Assembly (NCBI RefSeq): GCF_009914755.1
Contig: NC_060932.1
Strand: one strand, 5' to 3'
Source: the human T2T-CHM13v2.0 reference genome, Homo sapiens
Length of the DNA: 64,000 nt
Each line of letters opens with the position of its first letter. The first letter of the stretch is position 1. Positions 39,901-54,800 of this stretch are shown here, piece after piece. Made by a program: the position numbers and the translations under genes. The notes below the pieces were generated by a model. The model was given only the letters and a program-made list of their open reading frames with translations, made no database searches and had not been told where the DNA came from.

Positions 39901-42900
39901 GTGATGTGGGTACTCAACTAACAGTGTTGATCCATTCTTTTGATACAGCAGTTTTGAACCACACTTTTTGTAGAATCTGCAAGTGGATATTTGGATAGCT
40001 GTGAGGATTTCGTTGGAAACGGGAATGTCTTCAAAGAAAATCTAGACAGAAGCATTCTCAGAAACACCTTCGTGATGTTTGCAATCAAGTCACAGAGTTG
40101 AACCTTCCGTTTCATAGAGCAGGTTGGAAACACTCTTATTGTAGTATCTGGAAGTGGACATTTGGAGCGCTTTCAGGCCTATGGTGAAAAAGGAAATATC
40201 TTCCCATAAAAACGACATAGAAGCTATCTCAGGAACTTGTTTATGATGCATCTAATCAACTAACAGTGTTGAACCTTTGTACTGACAGAGCACTTTGAAA
40301 CACTCTTTTTTTGGAATCTGCAAGTGGATATTTGGATCGCTTTGAGGATTTCGTTGGAAACGGGATGCAATATAAAACGTACACAGCAGCATACTCAGAA
40401 AATACTTTGCCATATTTCCATTCAAGTCACAGAGTGGAACATTCCCATTCATAGAGCAGGTTGGAAACACTCTTTTTGGAGTATCTGGAAGTGGACATTT
40501 GGAGCGCTTTCTGAACTATGGTGAAAAAGGAAATATCTTCCAATGAAAACAAGACAGAAGCATTCTGAGAAACTTATTTGTGATGTGTGTCCTCAACAAA
40601 CGGACTTGAACCTTTCGTTTCATGCAGTACTTCTGGAACACTCTTTTTGAAGATTCTGCATGCGGATATTTGGATAGCTTTGAGGATTTCGTTGGAAACG
40701 GGCTTACATGTAAAAATTAGACAGCAGCATTCTCAGAAACTTCTTTGTGGTGTCTGCATTCAAGTCACAGAATTGAACTTCCCCTCACATAGAGCAGTTG
40801 TGCAGCACTCTATTTGTAGTATCTGGAAGTGGACATTTGGAGGGCTTTGTAGCCTATCTGGAAAAAGGAAATATCTTCCCATGAATGCGAGATAGAAGTA
40901 ATCTCAGAAACATGTTTATGCTGTATCTACTCAACTAACTGTGCTGAACATTTCTATTGATAGAGCAGTTTTGAGACCCTCTTCTTTTGGAATCTGCAAG
41001 TGGATATTTGGATAGATTTGAGGATTTCGTTGGAAACGGGATTATATATAAAAAGTAGACAGCAGCATTCTCAGAAACTTCTTTGTGATGTTTGCATCCA
41101 GCTCTCAGAGTTGAACATTCCCTTTCATAGAGTAGGTTTGAAACCCTCTTTTTATAGTGTCTGGAAGCGGGCATTTGGAGCGCTTTCAGGCCTATGCTGA
41201 AAAAGGAGATATCTACCTATAGAAACTAGACAGAAGCATTCTGAGAATCACGTTTGTGATGTGGGTACTCAACTAACAGTGTTGATCCATTCTTTTGATA
41301 CAGCAGTTTTGAACCACACTTTTTGTAGAATCTGCAAGTGGATATTTGGATAGCTGTGAGGATTTCGTTGGAAACGGGAATGTCTTCATAGAAAATTTAG
41401 AGAGAAGCATTCTCAGAACCTTGATTGTGATGTGTGTTCTCCACTAACAGAGTTGAACCTTTCTTTTGACAGAACTGTTCTGAAACATTCTTTTTATAGA
41501 ATCTGGAAGTGGATATTTGGAAAGCTTTGAGGATTTCGTTGGAAACGGGAATATCTTCAAATAAAATCTAGCCAGAAGCATTCTAAGAAACATCTTAGGG
41601 ATGTTTACATTCAAGTCACAGAGTTGAACATTCCCTTTCACAGAGCAGGTTTGAAACAATCTTCTCGTACTATCTGGCAGTGGACATTTTGAGCTCTTTG
41701 GGGCCTATGCTGAAAAAGGAAATATCTTCCGACAAAAACTAGACAGAAGCATTCGCAGAATCACGTTTGTGATGTGTGCACTCAACTGTCAGAATTGAAC
41801 CTTGGTTTGGAGAGAGCACTTTTGAAACACTCTTTTTGTAGAATCTGCAGGTGGATATTTGGCTAGCTTTGAGGATTTCGTTGGAAACGGTAATGTCTTC
41901 AAAGAAAATCTAGACAGAAGCATTCTCAGAAACACCTTCGTGATGTTTGCAATCAAGTCACAGAGTTGAACCTTCCGTTTCATAGAGCAGGTTGGAAACA
42001 CACTTTTTGTAGTATCTGGAAGTGGACATTTGGAGGGCTTTGTAGCCTATCTGGAAAAAGGAAATATCTTCCCATGAATGCGAGATAGAAGTAATCTCAG
42101 AAACATGTTTATGCTGTATCTACTCAACTAACTGTGCTGAACATTTCTATTGATAGAGCAGTTTTGAGACACTCTTCTTTTGGAATCTGCAAGTGGATAT
42201 TTGGATAGATTTGAGGATTTCGTTGGAAACGGGATTATATATAAAAAGTAGACAGCAGCATTCTCAGAAACTTCTTTGTGATGTTTGCATCCAGCTCCCA
42301 GAGTTGAACATTCCCTTTCATAGAGTAGGTTTGAAACCCTCTTTTTATAGTGTCTGGAAGCGGGCATTTGGAGCGCTTTCAGGCCTATGCTGAAAACGGA
42401 AATATCTACCTATAGAAACTAGACAGAAGCATTCTGAGAATCACGTTTGTGATGTGGGTACTCAACTAACAGTGTTGATCCATTCTTTTGATACAGCAGT
42501 TTTGAACCACACTTTTTGTAGAATCTGCAAGTGGATATTTGGATAGCTGTGAGGATTTCGTTGGAAACGGGAATGTCTTCATAGAAAATTTAGACAGAAG
42601 CATTCTCAGAACCTTGATTGTGATGTGTGTTCTCCACTAACAGAGTTGAACCTTTCTTTTGACAGAACTGTTCTGAAACATTCTTTTTATAGAATCTGAA
42701 AGTGGATATTTGGAAAGCTTTGAGGATTTCGTTGGAAACGGGAATATCTTCAAATCAAATCTAGCCAGAAGCATTCTAAGAAACATCTTAGGGATGTTTA
42801 CATTCAAGTCACAGAGTTGAACATTCCCTTTCACAGAGCAGGTTTGAAACAATCTTCTCGTACTATCTGGCAGTGGACATTTTGAGCTCCTTGGGGCCTA

Positions 42901-45863
42901 TGCTGAAAAAGGAAATATCTTCCGACAAAAACTAGACAGAAGCATTCGCAGAATCACGTTTGTGATGTGTGCACTCAACTGTCAGAATTGAACCTTGGTT
43001 TGGACAGAGCACTTTTGAAACACTCTTTTTGTAGAATCTGCAGGTGGATATTTGGCTAGCTTTGAGGATTTCGTTGGAAACGGTAATGTCTTCAAAGAAA
43101 ATCTAGACAGAAGCATTCTCAGAAACACCTTCGTGATGTTTGCAATCAAGTCACAGAGTTGAACCTTCCGTTTCATAGAGCAGGTTGGAAACACTCTTTT
43201 TGTAGTATCTGGAAGTGGACATTTGGAGCACTTTCAGGCCTATGGTGAAAAAGGAAATATCTTCCCATAAAAACGACATAGAAGCTATCTCAGGAACTTG
43301 TTTATGATGCATCTAATCAACTAACAGTGTTGAACCTTTGTACTGACAGAGCAGTTTGAAACACTCTTTTTTTGGAATCTGCAAGTGGATATTTGGATCG
43401 CTTTGAGGATTTCGTTGGAAACGGGATGCAATATAAAACGTACACAGCAGCATACTCAGAAAATACTTTGCCATATTTCCATTCAAGTCACAGAGTGGAA
43501 CATTCCCATTCATAGAGCAGGTTTGAAACACTCTTTTTGGAGTATCTGGAAGTGGACATTTGGAGCGCTTTCTGAACTATGGTGAAAAAGGAAATAACTT
43601 CCAATGAAAACAAGACAGAAGCATTCTGAGAAACTTATTTGTGATGTGTGTCCTCAACAAACGGACTTGAACCTTTCGTTTCATGCAGTACTTCTGGAAC
43701 ACTCTTTTTGAAGATTCTGCATGCGGATATTTGGATAGCTTTGAGGATTTCGTTGGAAACGGGCTTACATGTAAAAATTAGACAGCAGCATTCTCAGAAA
43801 CTTCTTTGTGGTGTCTGCATTCAAGTCACAGAATTGAACTTCCCCTCACATAGAGCAGTTGTGCAGCACTCTATTTGTAGTATCTGGAAGTGGACATTTG
43901 GAGGGCTTTGTAGCCTATCTGGAAAAAGGAAATATCTTCCCATGAATGCGAGATAGAAGTAATCTCAGAAACATGTTTATGCTGTATCTACTCAACTAAC
44001 TGTGCTGAACATTTCTATTGATAGAGCAGTTTTGAGACACTCTTCCTTTGGAATCTGCAAGTGGATATTTGGATAGATTTGAGGATTTCGTTGGAAACGG
44101 GATGATATATAAAAAGTAGACAGCAGCATTCTCAGAAACTTCTTTGTGATGTTTGCATCCAGCTCTCAGAGTTGAACATTCCCTTTCATAGAGTAGGTTT
44201 GAAACCCTCTTTTTATAGTGTCTGGAAGCGGGCATTTGGAGCGCTTTCAGGCCTATGCTGAAAAAGGAAATATCTACCTATAGAAACTAGACAGAAGCAT
44301 TCTGAGAATCACGTTTGTGATGTGGGTACTCAACTAACAGTGTTGATCCATTCTTTTGATACAGCAGTTTTGAACCACACTTTTTGTAGAATCTGCAAGT
44401 GGATATTTGGATAGCTGTGAGGATTTCGTTGGAAACGGGAATGTCTTCATAGAAAATTTAGACAGAAGCATTCTCAGAACCTTGATTGTGATGTGTGTTC
44501 TCCACTAACAGAGTTGAACCTTTCTTTTGACAGAACTGTTCTGAAACATTCTTTTTATAGAATCTCGAAGTGGATATTTGGAAAGCTTTGAGGATTTCGT
44601 TGGAAACGGGAATATCTTCAAATCAAATCTAGCCAGAAGCATTCTAAGAAACATCTTAGGGATGTTTACATTCAAGTCACAGAGTTGAACATTCCCTTTC
44701 ACAGAGCACGTTTGAAACAATCTTCTCGTACTATCTGGCAGTGGACATTTTGAGCTCCTTGGGGCCTATGCTGAAAAAGGAAATATCTTCCGACAAAAAC
44801 TAGACAGAAGCATTCGCAGAATCACGTTTGTGATGTGTGCACTCAACTGTCAGAATTGAACCTTGGTTTGGACAGAGCACTTTTGAAACACTCTTTTTGT
44901 AGAATCTGCAGGTGGATATTTGGCTAGCTTTGAGGATTTCGTTGGAAACGGTAATGTCTTCAAAGAAAATCTAGACAGAAGCATTCTCAGAAACACCTTC
45001 GTGATGTTTGCAATCAAGTCACAGAGTTGAACCTTCCGTTTCATAGAGCAGGTTGGAAACACTCTTTTTGTAGTATCTGGAAGTGGACATTTGGAGCGCT
45101 TTCAGGCCTATGGTGAAAAAGGAAATATCTTCCCATAAAAACGACATAGAAGCTATCTCAGGAACTTGTTTATGATGCATCTAATCAACTAACAGTGTTG
45201 AACCTTTGTACTGACAGAGCAGTTTGAAACACTCTTTTTTTGGAATCTGCAAGTGGATATTTGGATCGCTTTGAGGATTTCGTTGGAAACGGGATGCAAT
45301 ATAAAACGTACACAGCAGCATACTCAGAAAATACTTTGCCATATTTCCATTCAAGTCACAGAGTGGAACATTCCCATTCATAGAGCAGGTTTGAAACACT
45401 CTTTTTGGAGTATCTGGAAGTGGACATTTGGAGCGCTTTCTGAACTATGGTGAAAAAGGAAATAACTTCCAATGAAAACAAGACAGAAGCATTCTGAGAA
45501 ACTTATTTGTGATGTGTGTCCTCAACAAACGGACTTGAACCTTTCGTTTCATGCAGTACTTCTGGAACACTCTTTTTGAAGATTCTGCATGCGGATATTT
45601 GGATAGCTTTGAGGATTTCGTTGGAAACGGGCTTACATGTAAAAATTAGACAGCAGCATTCTCAGAAACTTCTTTGTGGTGTCTGCATTCAAGTCACAGA
45701 ATTGAACTTCCCCTCACATAGAGCAGTTGTGCAGCACTCTATTTGTAGTATCTGGAAGTGGACATTTGGAGGGCTTTGTAGCCTATCTGGAAAAAGGAAA
45801 TATCTTCCCATGAATGCGAGATAGAAGTAATCTCAGAAACATGTTTATGCTGTATCTACTCAA

Positions 45864-48800
45864 CTAACTGTGCTGAACATTTCTATTGATAGAGCAGTTT
45901 TGAGACCCTCTTCTTTTGGAATCTGCAAGTGGATATTTGGATAGATTTGAGGATTTCGTTGGAAACGGGATTATATATAAAAAGTAGACAGCAGCATTCT
46001 CAGAAACTTCTTTGTGATGTTTGCATCCAGCTCTCAGAGTTGAACATTCCCTTTCATAGAGTAGGTTTGAAACCCTCTTTTTATAGTGTCTGGAAGCGGG
46101 CATTTGGAGCGCTTTCAGGCCTATGCTGAAAAAGGAGATATCTACCTATAGAAACTAGACAGAAGCATTCTGAGAATCACGTTTGTGATGTGGGTACTCA
46201 ACTAACAGTGTTGATCCATTCTTTTGATACAGCAGTTTTGAACCACACTTTTTGTAGAATCTGCAAGTGGATATTTGGATAGCTGTGAGGATTTCGTTGG
46301 AAACGGGAATGTCTTCATAGAAAATTTAGAGAGAAGCATTCTCAGAACCTTGATTGTGATGTGTGTTCTCCACTAACAGAGTTGAACCTTTCTTTTGACA
46401 GAACTGTTCTGAAACATTCTTTTTATAGAATCTGGAAGTGGATATTTGGAAAGCTTTGAGGATTTCGTTGGAAACGGGAATATCTTCAAATAAAATCTAG
46501 CCAGAAGCATTCTAAGAAACATCTTAGGGATGTTTACATTCAAGTCACAGAGTTGAACATTCCCTTTCACAGAGCAGGTTTGAAACAATCTTCTCGTACT
46601 ATCTGGCAGTGGACATTTTGAGCTCTTTGGGGCCTATGCTGAAAAAGGAAATATCTTCCGACAAAAACTAGACAGAAGCATTCGCAGAATCACGTTTGTG
46701 ATGTGTGCACTCAACTGTCAGAATTGAACCTTGGTTTGGAGAGAGCACTTTTGAAACACTCTTTTTGTAGAATCTGCAGGTGGATATTTGGCTAGCTTTG
46801 AGGATTTCGTTGGAAACGGTAATGTCTTCAAAGAAAATCTAGACAGAAGCATTCTCAGAAACACCTTCGTGATGTTTGCAATCAAGTCACAGAGTTGAAC
46901 CTTCCGTTTCATAGAGCAGGTTGGAAACACACTTTTTGTAGTATCTGGAAGTGGACATTTGGAGGGCTTTGTAGCCTATCTGGAAAAAGGAAATATCTTC
47001 CCATGAATGCGAGATAGAAGTAATCTCAGAAACATGTTTATGCTGTATCTACTCAACTAACTGTGCTGAACATTTCTATTGATAGAGCAGTTTTGAGACA
47101 CTCTTCTTTTGGAATCTGCAAGTGGATATTTGGATAGATTTGAGGATTTCGTTGGAAACGGGATTATATATAAAAAGTAGACAGCAGCATTCTCAGAAAC
47201 TTCTTTGTGATGTTTGCATCCAGCTCCCAGAGTTGAACATTCCCTTTCATAGAGTAGGTTTGAAACCCTCTTTTTATAGTGTCTGGAAGCGGGCATTTGG
47301 AGCGCTTTCAGGCCTATGCTGAAAAAGGAAATATCTACCTATAGAAACTAGACAGAAGCATTCTGAGAATCACGTTTGTGATGTGGGTACTCAACTAACA
47401 GTGTTGATCCATTCTTTTGATACAGCAGTTTTGAACCACACTTTTTGTAGAATCTGCAAGTGGATATTTGGATAGCTGTGAGGATTTCGTTGGAAACGGG
47501 AATGTCTTCATAGAAAATTTAGACAGAAGCATTCTCAGAACCTTGATTGTGATGTGTGTTCTCCACTAACAGAGTTGAACCTTTCTTTTGACAGAACTGT
47601 TCTGAAACATTCTTTTTATAGAATCTGGAAGTGGATATTTGGAAAGCTTTGAGGATTTCGTTGGAAACGGGAATATCTTCAAATCAAATCTAGCCAGAAG
47701 CATTCTAAGAAACAGCTTAGGGATGTTTACATTCAAGTCACAGAGTTGAACATTCCCTTTCACAGAGCAGGTTTGAAACAATCTTCTCGTACTATCTGGC
47801 AGTGGACATTTTGAGCTCTTTGGGGCCTATGCTGAAAAAGGAAATATCTTCCGACAAAAACTAGACAGAAGCATTCGCAGAATCACGTTTGTGATGTGTG
47901 CACTCAACTGTCAGAATTGAACCTTGGTTTGGACAGAGCACTTTTGAAACACTCTTTTTGTAGAATCTGCAGGTGGATATTTGGCTAGCTTTGAGGATTT
48001 CGTTGGAAACGGTAATGTCTTCAAAGAAAATCTAGACAGAAGCATTCTCAGAAACAACTTCGTGATGTTTGCAATCAAGTCACAGAGTTGAACCTTCCGT
48101 TTCATAGAGCAGGTTGGAAACACACTTTTTGTAGTATCTGGAAGTGGACATTTGGAGGGCTTTGTAGCCTATCTGGAAAAAGGAAATATCTTCCCATGAA
48201 TGCGAGATAGAAGTAATCTCAGAAACATGTTTATGCTGTATCTACTCAACTAACTGTGCTGAACATTTCTATTGATAGAGCAGTTTTGAGACACTCTTCT
48301 TTTGGAATCTGCAAGTGGATATTTGGATAGATTTGAGGATTTCGTTGGAAACGGGATTATATATAAAAAGTAGACAGCAGCATTCTCAGAAACTTCTTTG
48401 TGATGTTTGCATCCAGCTCTCAGAGTTGAACATTCCCTTTCATAGAGTAGGTTTGAAACCCTCTTTTTATAGTGTCTGGAAGCGGGCATTTGGAGCGCTT
48501 TCAGGCCTATGCTTAAAATAGGAAATATCTACGTACAGAAACTAGACAGAAGCATTCTGAGAATCACGTTTGTGATGTGGGTACTCAACTAACAGTGTTG
48601 ATCCATTCTTTTGATACAGCAGTTTTGAACCACACTTTTTGTAGAATCTGCAAGAGGATATTTGGATAGCTGTGAGGATTTCGTTGGAAACGGGAATGTC
48701 TTCAAAGAAAATCTAGACAGAAGCATTCTCAGAAACACCTTCGTGATGTTTGCAATCAAGTCACAGAGTTGAACCTTCCGTTTCATAGAGCAGGTTGGAA

Positions 48801-51800
48801 ACACTCTTATTGTAGTATCTGGAAGTGGACATTTGGAGCGCTTTCAGGCCTATGGTGAAAAAGGAAATATCTTCCCATAAAAACGACATAGAAGCTATCT
48901 CAGGAACTTGTTTATGATGCATCTAATCAACTAACAGTGTTGAACCTTTGTACTGACAGAGCACTTTGAAACACTCTTTTTTTGGAATCTGCAAGTGGAT
49001 ATTTGGATCGCTTTGAGGATTTCGTTGGAAACGGGATGCAATATAAAACGTACACAGCAGCATACTCAGAAAATACTTTGCCATATTTCCATTCAAGTCA
49101 CAGAGTGGAACATTCCCATTCATAGAGCAGGTTGGAAACACTCTTTTTGGAGTATCTGGAAGTGGACATTTGGAGCGCTTTCTGAACTATGGTGAAAAAG
49201 GAAATATCTTCCAATGAAAACAAGACAGAAGCATTCTGAGAAACTTATTTGTGATGTGTGTCCTCAACAAACGGACTTGAACCTTTCGTTTCATGCAGTA
49301 CTTCTGGAACACTCTTTTTGAAGATTCTGCATGCGGATATTTGGATAGCTTTGAGGATTTCGTTGGAAACGGGCTTACATGTAAAAATTAGACAGCAGCA
49401 TTCTCAGAAACTTCTTTGTGGTGTCTGCATTCAAGTCACAGAATTGAACTTCCCCTCACATAGAGCAGTTGTGCAGCACTCTATTTGTAGTATCTGGAAG
49501 TGGACATTTGGAGGGCTTTGTAGCCTATCTGGAAAAAGGAAATATCTTCCCATGAATGCGAGATAGAAGTAATCTCAGAAACATGTTTATGCTGTATCTA
49601 CTCAACTAACTGTGCTGAACATTTCTATTGATAGAGCAGTTTTGAGACCCTCTTCTTTTGGAATCTGCAAGTGGATATTTGGATAGATTTGAGGATTTCG
49701 TTGGAAACGGGATTATATATAAAAAGTAGACAGCAGCATTCTCAGAAACTTCTTTGTGATGTTTGCATCCAGCTCTCAGAGTTGAACATTCCCTTTCATA
49801 GAGTAGGTTTGAAACCCTCTTTTTATAGTGTCTGGAAGCGGGCATTTGGAGCGCTTTCAGGCCTATGCTGAAAAAGGAGATATCTACCTATAGAAACTAG
49901 ACAGAAGCATTCTGAGAATCACGTTTGTGATGTGGGTACTCAACTAACAGTGTTGATCCATTCTTTTGATACAGCAGTTTTGAACCACACTTTTTGTAGA
50001 ATCTGCAAGTGGATATTTGGATAGCTGTGAGGATTTCGTTGGAAACGGGAATGTCTTCATAGAAAATTTAGACAGAAGCATTCTCAGAACCTTGATTGTG
50101 ATGTGTGTTCTCCACTAACAGAGTTGAACCTTTCTTTTGACAGAACTGTTCTGAAACATTCTTTTTATAGAATCTGGAAGTGGATATTTGGAAAGCTTTG
50201 AGGATTTCGTTGGAAACGGGAATATCTTCAAATAAAATCTAGCCAGAAGCATTCTAAGAAACATCTTAGGGATGTTTACATTCAAGTCACAGAGTTGAAC
50301 ATTCCCTTTCACAGAGCAGGTTTGAAACAATCTTCTCGTACTATCTGGCAGTGGACATTTTGAGCTCTTTGGGGCCTATGCTGAAAAAGGAAATATCTTC
50401 CGACAAAAACTAGACAGAAGCATTCGCAGAATCACGTTTGTGATGTGTGCACTCAACTGTCAGAATTGAACCTTGGTTTGGAGAGAGCACTTTTGAAACA
50501 CTCTTTTTGTAGAATCTGCAGGTGGATATTTGGCTAGCTTTGAGGATTTCGTTGGAAACGGTAATGTCTTCAAAGAAAATCTAGACAGAAGCATTCTCAG
50601 AAACACCTTCGTGATGTTTGCAATCAAGTCACAGAGTTGAACCTTCCGTTTCATAGAGCAGGTTGGAAACACACTTTTTGTAGTATCTGGAAGTGGACAT
50701 TTGGAGGGCTTTGTAGCCTATCTGGAAAAAGGAAATATCTTCCCATGAATGCGAGATAGAAGTAATCTCAGAAACATGTTTATGCTGTATCTACTCAACT
50801 AACTGTGCTGAACATTTCTATTGATAGAGCAGTTTTGAGACCCTCTTCTTTTGGAATCTGCAAGTGGATATTTGGATAGATTTGAGGATTTCGTTGGAAA
50901 CGGGATTATATATAAAAAGTAGACAGCAGCATTCTCAGAAACTTCTTTGTGATGTTTGCATCCAGCTCCCAGAGTTGAACATTCCCTTTCATAGAGTAGG
51001 TTTGAAACCCTCTTTTTATAGTGTCTGGAAGCGGGCATTTGGAGCGCTTTCAGGCCTATGCTGAAAACGGAAATATCTACCTATAGAAACTAGACAGAAG
51101 CATTCTGAGAATCACGTTTGTGATGTGGGTACTCAACTAACAGTGTTGATCCATTCTTTTGATACAGCAGTTTTGAACCACACTTTTTGTAGAATCTGCA
51201 AGTGGATATTTGGATAGCTGTGAGGATTTCGTTGGAAACGGGAATGTCTTCATAGAAAATTTAGACAGAAGCATTCTCAGAACCTTGATTGTGATGTGTG
51301 TTCTCCACTAACAGAGTTGAACCTTTCTTTTGACAGAACTGTTCTGAAACATTCTTTTTATAGAATCTGGAAGTGGATATTTGGAAAGCTTTGAGGATTT
51401 CGTTGGAAACGGGAATATCTTCAAATCAAATCTAGCCAGAAGCATTCTAAGAAACAGCTTAGGGATGTTTACATTCAAGTCACAGAGTTGAACATTCCCT
51501 TTCACAGAGCAGGTTTGAAACAATCTTCTCGTACTATCTGGCAGTGGACATTTTGAGCTCTTTGGGGCCTATGCTGAAAAAGGAAATATCTTCCGACAAA
51601 AACTAGACAGAAGCATTCGCAGAATCACGTTTGTGATGTGTGCACTCAACTGTCAGAATTGAACCTTGGTTTGGACAGAGCACTTTTGAAACACTCTTTT
51701 TGTAGAATCTGCAGGTGGATATTTGGCTAGCTTTGAGGATTTCGTTGGAAACGGTAATGTCTTCAAAGAAAATCTAGACAGAAGCATTCTCAGAAACAAC

Positions 51801-54800
51801 TTCGTGATGTTTGCAATCAAGTCACAGAGTTGAACCTTCCGTTTCATAGAGCAGGTTGGAAACACACTTTTTGTAGTATCTGGAAGTGGACATTTGGAGG
51901 GCTTTGTAGCCTATCTGGAAAAAGGAAATATCTTCCCATGAATGCGAGATAGAAGTAATCTCAGAAACATGTTTATGCTGTATCTACTCAACTAACTGTG
52001 CTGAACATTTCTATTGATAGAGCAGTTTTGAGACACTCTTCTTTTGGAATCTGCAAGTGGATATTTGGATAGATTTGAGGATTTCGTTGGAAACGGGATT
52101 ATATATAAAAAGTAGACAGCAGCATTCTCAGAAACTTCTTTGTGATGTTTGCATCCAGCTCTCAGAGTTGAACATTCCCTTTCATAGAGTAGGTTTGAAA
52201 CCCTCTTTTTATAGTGTCTGGAAGCGGGCATTTGGAGCGCTTTCAGGCCTATGCTTAAAATAGGAAATATCTACCTACAGAAACTAGACAGAAGCATTCT
52301 GAGAATCACGTTTGTGATGTGGGTACTCAACTAACAGTGTTGATCCATTCTTTTGATACAGCAGTTTTGAACCACACTTTTTGTAGAATCTGCAAGAGGA
52401 TATTTGGATAGCTGTGAGGATTTCGTTGGAAACGGGAATGTCTTCAAAGAAAATCTAGACAGAAGCATTCTCAGAAACACCTTCGTGATGTTTGCAATCA
52501 AGTCACAGAGTTGAACCTTCCGTTTCATAGAGCAGGTTGGAAACACTCTTATTGTAGTATCTGGAAGTGGACATTTGGAGCGCTTTCAGGCCTATGGTGA
52601 AAAAGGAAATATCTTCCCATAAAAACGACATAGAAGCTATCTCAGGAACTTGTTTATGATGCATCTAATCAACCAACAGTGTTGAACCTTTGTACTGACA
52701 GAGCACTTTGAAACACTCTTTTTTTGGAATCTGCAAGTGGATATTTGGATCGCTTTGAGGATTTCGTTGGAAACGGGATGCAATATAAAACGTACACAGC
52801 AGCATACTCAGAAAATACTTTGCCATATTTCCATTCAAGTCACAGAGTGGAACATTCCCATTCATAGAGCAGGTTGGAAACACTCTTTTTGGAGTATCTG
52901 GAAGTGGACATTTGGAGCGCTTTCTGAACTATGGTGAAAAAGGAAATATCTTCCAATGAAAACAAGACAGAAGCATTCTGAGAAACTTATTTGTGATGTG
53001 TGTCCTCAACAAACGGACTTGAACCTTTCGTTTCATGCAGTACTTCTGGAACACTCTTTTTGAAGATTCTGCATGCGGATATTTGGATAGCTTTGAGGAT
53101 TTCGTTGGAAACGGGCTTACATGTAAAAATTAGACAGCAGCATTCTCAGAAACTTCTTTGTGGTGTCTGCATTCAAGTCACAGAATTGAACTTCCCCTCA
53201 CATAGAGCAGTTGTGCAGCACTCTATTTGTAGTATCTGGAAGTGGACATTTGGAGGGCTTTGTAGCCTATCTGGAAAAAGGAAATATCTTCCCATGAATG
53301 CGAGATAGAAGTAATCTCAGAAACATGTTTATGCTGTATCTACTCAACTAACTGTGCTGAACATTTCTATTGATAGAGCAGTTTTGAGACACTCTTCTTT
53401 TGGAATCTGCAAGTGGATATTTGGATAGATTTGAGGATTTCGTTGGAAACGGGATTATATATAAAAAGTAGACAGCAGCATTCTCAGAAACTTCTTTGTG
53501 ATGTTTGCATATAGCTCTCAGAGTTGAACACTCCCTTTCATAGAGTAGGTTTGAAACCCTCTTTTTATAGTGTCTGGAAGCGGGCATTTTGAGCGCTTTC
53601 AGGCCTATGCTTAAAATAGGAAATATCTACCTATAGAAACTAGACAGAAGCATTCTGAGAATCACGTTTGTGATGTGGGTACTCAACTAACAGTGTTGAT
53701 CCATTCTTTTGATACAGCAGTTTTGAACCACACTTTTTGTAGAATCTGCAAGAGGATATTTGGATAGCTGTGAGGATTTCGTTGGAAACGGGAATGTCTT
53801 CAAAGAAAATCTAGACAGAAGCATTCTCAGAAACACCTTCGTGATGTTTGCAATCAAGTCACAGAGTTGAACCTTCCGTTTCATACAGCAGGTTGGAAAC
53901 ACTCTTATTGTAGTATCTGGAAGGGGACATTTGGAGCGCTTTCAGGCCTATGGTGAAAAAGGAAATATCTTCCCATAAAAACGACATAGAAGCTGTCTCA
54001 GGAACTTGTTTATGATGCATCTAATCAACTAACAGTGTTGAACCTTTGTACTGACAGAGCAGTTTGAAACACTCTTTTTTTGGAATCTGCAAGTGGATAT
54101 TTGGATCGCTTTGAGGATTTCGTTGGAAACGGGATGCAATATAAAACGTACACAGCAGCATACTCAGAAAATACTTTGCCATATTTCCATTCAAGTCACA
54201 GAGTGGAACATTCCCATTCATAGAGCAGGTTTGAAACACTCTTTTTGGAGTATCTGGAAGTGGACATTTGGAGCGCTTTCTGAACTATGGTGAAAAAGGA
54301 AATATCTTCCAATGAAAACAAGACAGAAGCATTCTGAGAAACTTATTTGTGATGTGTGTCCTCAACAAACGGACTTGAACCTTTCGTTTCATGCAGTACT
54401 TCTGGAACACTCTTTTTGAAGATTCTGCATGCGGATATTTGGATAGCTTTGAGGATTTCGTTGGAAACGGGCTTACATGTAAAAATTAGACAGCAGCATT
54501 CTCAGAAACTTCTTTGTGGTGTCTGCATTCAAGTCACAGAATTGAACTTCCCCTCACATAGAGCAGTTGTGCAGCACTCTATTTGTAGTATCTGGAAGTG
54601 GACATTTGGAGGGCTTTGTAGCCTATCTGGAAAAAGGAAATATCTTCCCATGAATGCGAGATAGAAGTAATCTCAGAAACATGTTTATGCTGTATCTACT
54701 CAACTAACTGTGCTGAACATTTCTATTGATAGAGCAGTTTTGAGACACTCTTCTTTTGGAATCTGCAAGTGGATATTTGGATAGATTTGAGGATTTCGTT

